From a virus: a stretch of 64,000 bases of DNA. The number at the start of each line of letters is the position of its first letter. The first letter of the stretch is position 1. The stretch lies in IMG/VR virus record IMGVR_UViG_3300013102_000030, positions 110,137 through 174,136 of that record; one strand, 5' to 3'. Position numbers and translations under genes: made by a program. This document shows, piece after piece, positions 56,956-64,000 of the stretch. Under the pieces are notes generated by a model that was not told the DNA's origin, searched no databases, and saw nothing but the letters and a program-made list of their open reading frames with translations.

Positions 56956-57298
56956 GGATGGCATGCGGGATGGCAAGGCACTTGGTGAAGCCAAGAAGGC
57001 CAAGAAGAGCGTTGCCGAGCGGGTAGCCAGTCTGAGGACGGCAACTCGTATTGGCCGAACGATTGGGTTCTTTGTTGGAACTGCACTGTTCGTGGTCACT
57101 GCCCTTGTGGTGATCGGACTGGGTCTTCCTGCGTGGTTGGTCTGGGCATGGGCCTTTGTGTTCTGGATGCGTTGGCAGATCAAGGTCGCGGAGAATCTTC
57201 GGGTCAGGCGAGCCGAGTACTCCCTGATGCTTGGTGAGTATCCGGGCTGGAAGGCTTCAGGATACCTGACTCGTCAGGAATGGGAAGCACAGAAGTAA
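56891..57298 (+). CDS. membrane protein
   Basis: TM segments. Confidence 0.6.
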   Translation: MTTYTPSREAKTFREAVQIAIEDGMRDGKALGEAKKAKKSVAERVASLRTATRIGRTIGFFVGTALFVVTALVVIGLGLPAWLVWAWAFVFWMRWQIKVAENLRVRRAEYSLMLGEYPGWKASGYLTRQEWEAQK

Positions 57299-57300
57299 AC

Positions 57301-57334
57301 AGATCCCCTACCGTTTGGTGGGGGATTTTGTTTT
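57301..57334 (+). terminator. intrinsic terminator
   Basis: AGATCCCCTACC-gttt-GGTGGGGGATTT-TGTTTT. Confidence 0.7.
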
Positions 57335-57360
57335 GCCCGGAAATGGTGTAGGCTTGAGGT

Positions 57361-57552
57361 ATGAAGACTTATTGGAGGACGCTGAAGGAAGAACCCGGAA
57401 TCACGGTGTTCTACACGGTAGTGACGATTGCATTCCTGATTTGTATCGGAATGGTTGCAACGACTGATCCCGGAACAGCAGCAGTGATATTCTGCTTGCT
57501 CGGGATTCCGATGTTCTTGGCATGGTGCGAACTGATTGAGATGGCTTCCTGA
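57361..57552 (+). CDS. membrane protein, leaderless
   Basis: TAGGCT 6 nt before ATG; 2 TM. Confidence 0.6.
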   Translation: MKTYWRTLKEEPGITVFYTVVTIAFLICIGMVATTDPGTAAVIFCLLGIPMFLAWCELIEMAS

Positions 57553-57908
57553 TGATGATTGCACGGATTATTGGAACCGCTCTCGGGATTCTGTTGGGAG
57601 TCGGTGGTGCTGCCGCTATCGGAATGCATGCCGCTGAGCTTGAGCATGAGAAGCGTGTGCAGTGGGAGCAGGAAGGACGCTGTTGGGAGAAGGGTGGCGT
57701 GTACAAGGATGGCACGTGTTCCTACTTCTCCGGTGCCTACTCCGATGAGGCGAAGGTCTGCATGGCAATGAAGGGTTACTATGCCGTGACTGATGACAAG
57801 TTCACCTGCTATGACACCGATGGCAAGGTGAAGGAGATGCCGAGCCTTGAAGGTAAGGAACTCCGGATCATGGACGATGGCACGCTTGTACTGCTGAGCA
57901 AAAGCTGA
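57552..57908 (+). CDS. membrane-anchored Cys-rich protein (two C..(K)G..C units)
   Basis: N-TM; CWEKGG..C, CMAMKG..C. Confidence 0.65.
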   Translation: MMIARIIGTALGILLGVGGAAAIGMHAAELEHEKRVQWEQEGRCWEKGGVYKDGTCSYFSGAYSDEAKVCMAMKGYYAVTDDKFTCYDTDGKVKEMPSLEGKELRIMDDGTLVLLSKS

Positions 57909-57920
57909 TAGGCTGAAGGC

Positions 57921-58172
57921 ATGAACAAGAGATACTTCCTGAGCGAGTACAAGAAGAACCGTCGATCCCTGCTGATGGGATGGGGATGCGTTGTACTGGT
58001 TACGACGTTTGCGGTGTTGGCATGGACTGTGTTGATGCCGGAGAAGTTTGAGAACAACCTGTGGCACACTGCGGTGATGGCTCCCGTAGTGGTGATCCTC
58101 GTGCTGTACCTGATCAAGATGGCGAAGCACCAGAAGGAAATGAAACAACTGATTGTCAACTGGGGAAACTGA
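57921..58172 (+). CDS. membrane protein
   Basis: 2 TM. Confidence 0.6.
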   Translation: MNKRYFLSEYKKNRRSLLMGWGCVVLVTTFAVLAWTVLMPEKFENNLWHTAVMAPVVVILVLYLIKMAKHQKEMKQLIVNWGN

Positions 58173-58351
58173 AGGAGAAGACTGATGGACATTATGGATC
58201 TGATCAACCCTGCGCCTAAGAAGCGCACGATGATTGACTTCCTGCGTGAAGAGGCTGCGTTCAATGAGAAGCAGGCTGAAGCGAAGCGGAAGAAGGCAGA
58301 GGCTGCTGATGCTGTGGATGATCCGATGGATCTGATGGATCTGGGGGCACT

Positions 58352-58735
58352 GTGAAGCTAGCAGATCTGGTACCGGGAGAAGGCTGGAACCACATCAACA
58401 AATGGATTCGTGGGAATCTGGTCAAGAAGGCGGGGGACACTCAGTGGCGTGAGCCAACTGAGGTCGATTGGTACGTGGTGCACGGCAAGATGTGGCTGTA
58501 CCGAGCGCTCAAGGCTGGCCGGTTCAATGAGCGGAAGTGCACGTATCGACAGCCCAAGCGTCTGTGGTACGGAGACAAACTGCGGTCATCGTATGATCCC
58601 TTGTGGGGAGGCTTGGCTGTTCCCGGACATCTGTACGTCCGTCCCGCTCAGAGGACTTTCCAAGGGAAGAAGGTCCCGATGTCATGGATCGACTACCTGT
58701 ACAGTGGTCCTCGTGCCTACTGGCATGCGGCCTAA
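58352..58735 (+). CDS. Trp-rich hypothetical protein; RBS complementary to sRNA-2 loop
   Basis: GGGGG RBS + GTG. Confidence 0.6.
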   Translation: MKLADLVPGEGWNHINKWIRGNLVKKAGDTQWREPTEVDWYVVHGKMWLYRALKAGRFNERKCTYRQPKRLWYGDKLRSSYDPLWGGLAVPGHLYVRPAQRTFQGKKVPMSWIDYLYSGPRAYWHAA

Positions 58736-58794
58736 AGTCGTAGGGAGTTTGTGACAAATTTGACTTACATGGTTGGGTCGGGTACAATAGGTAT

Positions 58795-58977
58795 ATGACA
58801 AAGAGAAAGATTGATTACAAGGACGAGTTCTATGCCCTCTTGATCTTTGCTCTGATCTACCCGCTCGTGACTCTTGGAGTCATTGCTGTGCTGGGTGGTG
58901 GCGTGGTCAGCGTTGTCAGTGCGATGGTGACGGCTGTGCCGTTTTACCTCGTCTGGAGATTCATACTGATTCGGTAA
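58795..58977 (+). CDS. membrane protein, leaderless
   Basis: TTGACT(58760)-N17-TACAAT, ATG 6 nt after. Confidence 0.65.
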   Translation: MTKRKIDYKDEFYALLIFALIYPLVTLGVIAVLGGGVVSVVSAMVTAVPFYLVWRFILIR

Positions 58978-59056
58978 CGAAACGGTAACGGATGTATAGT
59001 ATTCGTGGTAGTGTATACTTACTCTAAGACAGACGCTTCTTAGATAGGGCAATCCC

Positions 59057-59665
59057 ATGGTACACAATCCATTTGACGATGACATGAATGTCATGCCACC
59101 ACCACCGCCTCAGACCGATGGCTCACCGGAGACCAAGTACTCCAACTGGCCCTCTGCGGAAGGCTACGAAACTGTTCCTGAAGACTGGAAGCCAAGGGCA
59201 GGGCGAGAGCTACCGGCTCTGCGCTGCACCTTCGTGCGTCCGGATGATACCCGATGCAAGAACTTCGGTGTGCGTGGGACAGGATTCAACGGAACGCCTG
59301 CCATGTGTTTCATCCATGGCGGCTCACTTCCGAACGTAAAGAAGAAAGCGGAAGCGACTCTGCTTGCCGCTCGTATGCGTCTTGTGCAGCATGTGCCGAC
59401 TGCTCTGGAAGGTCTGATTGACCTCTCAGAGAATGCGTCTGCCGATGCCATCAAGCTCAAGGCCATCACAGAACTTCTCGACCGTGCCGGTATCAAGGGC
59501 GGATTCGATGTGAACGTAGAAGTCCAGCACGGTATCTCCGCTGCGGATGAAATCGGCAAGAAGTTAACCCTGATGCGTGAGCGCATGGGTGCGGACACTA
59601 AGGCCGAGCTTGAAGAACTTGAAGATCAAGGCGAGATCCTTGACGAACCAGAGAAAGTAGTGTAA
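59057..59665 (+). CDS. putative terminase small subunit
   Basis: RC..RC..C.IHGG Zn motif; AL..L..L..AI..LLDRAG. Confidence 0.6.
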   Translation: MVHNPFDDDMNVMPPPPPQTDGSPETKYSNWPSAEGYETVPEDWKPRAGRELPALRCTFVRPDDTRCKNFGVRGTGFNGTPAMCFIHGGSLPNVKKKAEATLLAARMRLVQHVPTALEGLIDLSENASADAIKLKAITELLDRAGIKGGFDVNVEVQHGISAADEIGKKLTLMRERMGADTKAELEELEDQGEILDEPEKVV

Positions 59666-60030
59666 TGGAACATCCAGAAGCCAAGTTCGTACGTGGCGAT
59701 AGAGTACAGGTTACTGCGGAGTCCACTGTCGAACTGGAGCATCTGTTCCCTGAAGGCTTTGAGACTTATGAAGGAATTGTAAGGACCGTCCGACTTGACT
59801 ATTCGGGTGGATGGGGTACCCGTCCTAAAGTCTTCAAGGCTTGGGTTTATACCGTTAGCCTTGATCAGGACCCGTCAAAGGGTGGCCTGTACTTCCTTGA
59901 GACGGACTTGACACTTGTCCGCCCGTATGTTGTGGGCAAGCTCGATGAGATCGTGGAAGGGCTTGAGGCACGCATTGCCGACATCCGTCAGGCGCAGCAG
60001 GAAGAACTCAAGCGCCGAGGACTTGCCTAA
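59665..60030 (+). CDS. SH3-like protein
   Basis: KFVRGDRVQV..G.V..Y.V..E.DL. Confidence 0.65.
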   Translation: MEHPEAKFVRGDRVQVTAESTVELEHLFPEGFETYEGIVRTVRLDYSGGWGTRPKVFKAWVYTVSLDQDPSKGGLYFLETDLTLVRPYVVGKLDEIVEGLEARIADIRQAQQEELKRRGLA

Positions 60031-60114
60031 CAGTCCAGCGTATCAGAAGGATGTACACTTGTCAAGTTACAAAACTTTCTGAAAAGGGCCTGATCCGAAG
60101 ACCAGACCCTCTTC

Positions 60115-60354
60115 CTAGCCGACTACGGAGAGTCTGGCCTTAGCGTCAGCGACTCCAGCAGCATTCAGGACGGCTTCCTTGCACTCCACGCAGAGATCCC
60201 GTTCGAATACCAGCTTGTTGCCGGTGTTGCCTTCTATGTGCAGCCAGCCCTTCGGCAAGATGTAGTTGCCGTTCTTGATGCCGTCTGATAGTGGTGTTGT
60301 TTCGCTCTTATGGCACTGGTCACATTCCGAGTGCACTACTTGTTGTCTAGCCAT
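60115..60354 (-). CDS. small Zn-finger protein
   Basis: CDQC..LPKGW..DLCVEC. Confidence 0.7.
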   Translation of the reverse strand: MARQQVVHSECDQCHKSETTPLSDGIKNGNYILPKGWLHIEGNTGNKLVFERDLCVECKEAVLNAAGVADAKARLSVVG

Positions 60355-60383
60355 ACGCTCACGATATCAGCTATACTCAGGGC

Positions 60384-60447
60384 CAGGAAGTCCCTTTCGG
60401 GTCCAGCGGCTTAGCCCAGTTATCTATCCGGAGGGGACTTCCCCTTT
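60384..60447 (+). ncRNA. putative single long-hairpin RNA (sRNA-3)
   Basis: -10 TATACT 60372-77; 15-bp stem 60386-400/60428-442 with G:U pairs valid only on + strand. Confidence 0.5.
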
Positions 60448-60473
60448 GCCGTTGTGACCTGTACCATTAGCTC

Positions 60474-60578
60474 TGAGGGACCGGAGATCCCTCTGGCGGA
60501 CGATTAGCCTCTCCCGCCTACCTGAAGGGGTCATCCGGTGTCAATCCCCCAGATCCACCGGATGGCCTCTTCTCTTTT
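60474..60578 (+). ncRNA. putative three-hairpin small RNA (sRNA-2) with C-rich loops
   Basis: -10 TACCAT 60462-67; stems 60475-80/60488-93, 60495-99/60514-18, 60524-40/60556-72 + TCTTTT. Confidence 0.6.
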
Positions 60579-60662
60579 GCCTCTCCCCTGACATCTACCG
60601 TAGCACATCCCGCTGAAATGGGAACTGTGATATGATGAGCCAGCGTGTCTAGCCGCGCACCG

Positions 60663-60699
60663 AAAGGCCCCGAAACCCTTGCAGATTCCGGGGCCTTTC
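60663..60699 (-). terminator. terminator of DGQHR gene
   Basis: GAAAGGCCCCG...CGGGGCCTTTC. Confidence 0.7.
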
Positions 60700-60719
60700 T
60701 GGTGGGGTACCTCTATTGG

Positions 60720-62192
60720 CTACTCTTCGTTAGCCGACACGCCCGGTGCCTGATCAAGGTAGACCAGATCGTAGAGCATCTTGTAGAGGCCGGTCTGACC
60801 GGCGAAGCCAGCGCCTGCGGATGTCCACGGGTTGCCCTGACGCTTCTCCCAGTCCACCTGACCGAGCTTGGAGACCAGAGACGCTACCGCGCTCCAGAAC
60901 TCTTCCTCAGTCTTGGACTGTTCCAGTGCCGAAGACAGGATGTCCGCACCGAGCCGGGAGACGGAGGCAACGCCTGCCAGATCCTTGAGGCGGTACTTGA
61001 CCGGCTCTTCGATCTGTGCGCCAGTCTCGTCGGTGGTGATGCGGGGACGTTCCTGCCAAGCCGGAGCGCAAGCCCGAGCAACCAGTTCCCAGTACTTCTT
61101 GGCTGCGGACTCCAGAACGATGCCGCGACGGTTGAGCCGTCCGATCAGCTTCTCCTGAAGCATGTTGCCGGTAGCGCGTCGGAGACCTTCGTAGGTCACC
61201 GGCTTCTCCGGATCGCGTGCACCGGTCATGTTGACCTTGCCAGCCCACGGGCTGTTGCCGTCCTGTGCCAGAGCGAATGCCGCCTCACGGATGGTCTGTG
61301 CGTGAGTGGGTTCACCGTGTTCCATGTGAACCTTCGTGGCTTCGATCAAAGCCTTGGGAAGCTTGCGCTGGTTGGTGTTGATGTCATCAAACAGCGTGGC
61401 TTCGTCAGCGTACCGCAGGCCGTAGTAGAGCATGACCGGCACGTCCGGGTTGAACTTTGCCTTGGTTTCCCAAGCCCAGTACAGACCGCCCATGCGGTGC
61501 TGGCCGTCCACGATGGAGAAGACGGAAGGTCCGAACTCCTTGTGGATCTTGACGATGTCACCCTTGTTGAAGAGTTCGTTGAAGCGCTGCTGCTCCTTGG
61601 GGGAGTAGACGCGGACGGAGGCAATGATCGGAGTGATCAGGTGAGCGTGGGTGTGCTTCGTGTCACCCTTCTCCCCTTCCTCCTGAGCGAAGTACCGACC
61701 GATGGCGGGGAACCGTGCCGCGAGCGGATCGCGCTGGTAGCCGTGCTGGCGCGGTGAGCTTGACTGCTCATCGATGCTGTTGTACGTTGAGACGAATGCC
61801 AACGACTTCAGCGCGTCCGGAGTGAGGGTGGCGAGTGCCGTCTTGCCGGGAACGAACTCCACCTGAATCTTCATGTGGCGTTCCTTGGGTTCGATGGGCG
61901 TGACCACATCCTCCGAGTTGAGTTCGGCTGCGGCCTCAGCGTCTTCCGGCTTTCCTTCCGGATCGACCTCTTCTTCCGAGTTGTCCGAGAACATCGGGGT
62001 CACTGCCGGTGCGGTGGACTTGCGGGGCCGACGTGTGGTAGCTTTGGGTGTTGCCTTCTCCGGTGCCGATGCGGCTTCCGGTGCTGCGGTCTCTTCCGGA
62101 GTCAGGATCTCATCGATCTCTGCGTTCTTGGCCTTGGCCTCTGCGGAGAGGGTCTTTGCCGAAGTGCGAGCCTGAGTTGCGGTGCGTGCCAT
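60720..62192 (-). CDS. DGQHR-domain (DndB/ParB-like) protein with low-complexity N-terminus
   Basis: GYQR, IVDGQHR, EATLFDDINTNQRKL; GAAAGGAAG RBS. Confidence 0.85.
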   Translation of the reverse strand: MARTATQARTSAKTLSAEAKAKNAEIDEILTPEETAAPEAASAPEKATPKATTRRPRKSTAPAVTPMFSDNSEEEVDPEGKPEDAEAAAELNSEDVVTPIEPKERHMKIQVEFVPGKTALATLTPDALKSLAFVSTYNSIDEQSSSPRQHGYQRDPLAARFPAIGRYFAQEEGEKGDTKHTHAHLITPIIASVRVYSPKEQQRFNELFNKGDIVKIHKEFGPSVFSIVDGQHRMGGLYWAWETKAKFNPDVPVMLYYGLRYADEATLFDDINTNQRKLPKALIEATKVHMEHGEPTHAQTIREAAFALAQDGNSPWAGKVNMTGARDPEKPVTYEGLRRATGNMLQEKLIGRLNRRGIVLESAAKKYWELVARACAPAWQERPRITTDETGAQIEEPVKYRLKDLAGVASVSRLGADILSSALEQSKTEEEFWSAVASLVSKLGQVDWEKRQGNPWTSAGAGFAGQTGLYKMLYDLVYLDQAPGVSANEE

Positions 62193-62453
62193 GATTGGTA
62201 CTTCCTTTCGTGTTTGTGATGCGGATTATGTTTTCACTGGTTGGCCTCCTTAGCGGCTGCTTTCCATGTCTCAAGCATTACGCTCCGTCTTTTCGATGCG
62301 TCAACAGATTTGCAAAAGAATTTTTTGTAGTGGTGCCGATTTTTGCCCAAAAACCCCTAGATCTAGCGGATCTTGCCGGGAAAGATTCCTAAACACAGGT
62401 AGTGCGGTGAAGTCAAACTGAGTACACTTGCTAGTCCATCTAAGTACATCGAG

Positions 62454-62482
62454 TTGCGAAACTGAGTAGTGCCGGGTATGCT
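62454..62482 (+). promoter_or_regulatory. promoter of leaderless KOW gene
   Basis: TTGCGA-N17-TATGCT, ATG 6 nt after. Confidence 0.7.
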
Positions 62483-62488
62483 TGAAGC

Positions 62489-62695
62489 ATGATCAAGCAG
62501 GGAGAGTTCGTCCGGATCACTGCCGGTCCCTATGAAGGGGATGAGGGAGTGGTTGAAGATGTACAGCCTGAATGCAGTGCGGTGCGGGTAGGTACCAGAG
62601 AAGGTAACTCCTACGCCATGCTGGATGACCTGAGGAAGATTCCGCCGCTGACTCCACAGCTAACCTCAGGGAAGCGTCCGTTACGGCGGAAGTGA
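62489..62695 (+). CDS. NusG-like KOW domain protein
   Basis: IKQGEFVRITAGPYEGDEGVVEDV. Confidence 0.75.
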   Translation: MIKQGEFVRITAGPYEGDEGVVEDVQPECSAVRVGTREGNSYAMLDDLRKIPPLTPQLTSGKRPLRRK

Positions 62696-62747
62696 TGCGG
62701 GACACAACTGAATAAGCGACAGGACTAACTGGGGGAGTCCTGACCGT

Positions 62748-62781
62748 GCCGTATCCCAGTAATGGGATGCGGCTTCTTTTT
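62748..62781 (+). terminator. intrinsic terminator
   Basis: GCCGTATCCCA-gtaa-TGGGATGCGGC-TTCTTTTT. Confidence 0.8.
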
Positions 62782-62826
62782 GTCCCCAGACAAATCACAC
62801 CGTTGTAACTAGTAGAGGGAACGCTT

Positions 62827-63159
62827 TTGAAGGTCTCAGTTTTTCGCGTGGAGGATGCTAATGGGGAAGGGCCGTACAGCAACTCCAGTCCCGTCAAGGA
62901 CAAGCTCACCGCTCTGTATGCTCACCCTGCCCCGGAGAATGATCCGCTGCTGAAGCTGATCCGCCCGGATGAGGTATGCGGCTTCGCTACCCTGTGCGCT
63001 CTCACTGAGTGGTTTGCCGGGTATGAGGATGAGCTTGCCGATGCCGGTTTCGAAATCTCCATCTACACTCTGCCGCGTGATCACGTGCGGTTCGGCAAGG
63101 AGCAGCTTGTGTTCCGGAGGGATGACTTCTACCCGGTACGAACTATGACGATGATGTAA
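62827..63159 (+). CDS. conserved-looking phage protein (FRVE..G.GPY..HP.P..D..CGF..WF)
   Basis: GAGGGA + TTG; motif pattern. Confidence 0.7.
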   Translation: MKVSVFRVEDANGEGPYSNSSPVKDKLTALYAHPAPENDPLLKLIRPDEVCGFATLCALTEWFAGYEDELADAGFEISIYTLPRDHVRFGKEQLVFRRDDFYPVRTMTMM

Positions 63160-63203
63160 GTAACAATGCGGTAACTCACATGCGGATGCGGTAGGCTGGA
63201 TAC

Positions 63204-63404
63204 ATGATGCGGATCTCAATGATCGTTATTGTCTTTGTCCAGCTTGCCGTCTTCTTCATTCTCTCCGGTTCCACAGGAACCTATAACCACACTGTCAAGG
63301 CTGTCTACGAACAACCGGCCATGCCGTCAGATCCTGACGATGATGAAGACGAGAACCGCGTGCGGGTAAGACGGAATGCGGATGCGGTTACAAATCTTTC
63401 ATAG
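63204..63404 (+). CDS. small membrane/secreted protein, leaderless
   Basis: TAGGCT 6 nt before ATG; N-TM. Confidence 0.5.
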   Translation: MMRISMIVIVFVQLAVFFILSGSTGTYNHTVKAVYEQPAMPSDPDDDEDENRVRVRRNADAVTNLS

Positions 63405-63407
63405 ACT

Positions 63408-63436
63408 TTGACAATGCAGATGCCGTGCCGTAAGCT
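63408..63436 (+). promoter_or_regulatory. sigA-type promoter
   Basis: TTGACA-N17-TAAGCT. Confidence 0.8.
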
Positions 63437-63466
63437 GAAAGCACATCAACCAACGAAAGGGAGACC

Positions 63467-64000
63467 ATGGCTCACAAGATTCCGGAAGCGAACATCACCT
63501 ACAAGAAGGGTGACCGAGTACAGGGACTACACAGCGGAAGGTTCGGTACGGTCAGCCGGAGCCTGAGCGGTGATGCCGTGCAGTTGGAATGGGACGGCCA
63601 CCCCGGAGAGGTCCATGATGTCTGGAGCCGGGACCTCCGTCCTGCACCGTGGCACGGTATCGGATTCGCTCCGATCAGCTTCATCGATCTCCGGGCCGTC
63701 CTTGCTGACTACGGCAAGCTCGATGATGACGTGGAGATCACCGATGCCGGTACCGTTGGCGGTGCCGAGAAGGCTTTCATGTACAAGAAGGGCGACCGCG
63801 TCAAGCTGAAGTACAACCGCAACAACGGCACCATTGCGGAGGATCAGCGTCATCTGGATAACCGCACCATCCGGGTCATCTGGGACAAGGACCGGAACGT
63901 GGCTGCGGTGGAAGAGATCGCGGATCTCTACACTCTGCACGCTCCACGGGATACGGATGCCGTGAACCCGAATCAGGAGGCCATCGATGCCATCGAGAAG
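63467..64000 (+). CDS. tandem SH3/KOW protein, 3' partial
   Basis: YKKGDRVQG..GTV..WD; YKKGDRVKL..GTI..WD. Confidence 0.75.
   Translation, partial: MAHKIPEANITYKKGDRVQGLHSGRFGTVSRSLSGDAVQLEWDGHPGEVHDVWSRDLRPAPWHGIGFAPISFIDLRAVLADYGKLDDDVEITDAGTVGGAEKAFMYKKGDRVKLKYNRNNGTIAEDQRHLDNRTIRVIWDKDRNVAAVEEIADLYTLHAPRDTDAVNPNQEAIDAIEK

Noticed and set aside
60645-61757. 370-aa plus-strand ORF
   Set aside because: Antisense shadow of the DGQHR gene
62130-62192. DGQHR N-terminus MARTATQARTS resembles histone H3 tail MARTKQTARKS
   Set aside because: Low-complexity A/R/T/K sequence, key lysines absent, no plausible role in a bacterial host
60720-62192. Complete phosphorothioation (Dnd) or 7-deazaguanine system
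   Set aside because: No dndA/C/D/E, ssp or dpdA/que genes in the window
1-64000. tRNA genes, CRISPR array, integrase, intein, DGR
   Set aside because: No cloverleaf with T-loop GTTCGA in intergenic gaps, no regularly spaced repeats, no recombinase or RT motifs, TerL and helicases of normal length; by-eye only, so tRNAscan/Aragorn should confirm

Overview
Window of a large lytic dsDNA actinobacteriophage genome. The actinobacterial host is inferred from WhiB, an LAxTG sortase tag, TTGAC-N17-TANNNT promoters and leaderless genes. Nearly all genes are on the + strand. 0-7 kb: methyltransferase-glycosyltransferase fusion, RNA end-repair genes (RNA ligase interrupted by one in-frame TGA, Pnkp, CCA-type nucleotidyltransferase) and PIN-PhoH. 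7-11.5 kb: two tail/adhesion proteins, one with nested carbohydrate-binding-like modules. 11.5-22.4 kb: sortase-anchored surface protein, Pol-beta nucleotidyltransferase, BCS1-like AAA, WhiB, DinG helicase, primase, HNH, SF3 helicase. 22-60 kb: about 100 small accessory genes with a large SH3/KOW-like paralog expansion, an isolated minus-strand large terminase and a distant TerS-like gene. 60-64 kb: structured non-coding RNAs and an orphan DGQHR protein. Best candidate for an undescribed system: promoter- and terminator-bounded three-hairpin small RNAs (about 24.14-24.25 kb and 60.47-60.58 kb) whose C-rich loops are perfectly complementary (11-12 nt) to ribosome-binding sites of specific phage genes. 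The same genome appears to use ATC/ATT/CTG starts and many leaderless mRNAs, suggesting a layer of translational control. No tRNA, CRISPR array, integrase or intein was recognised. All family calls are by eye from motifs; no database search was run.
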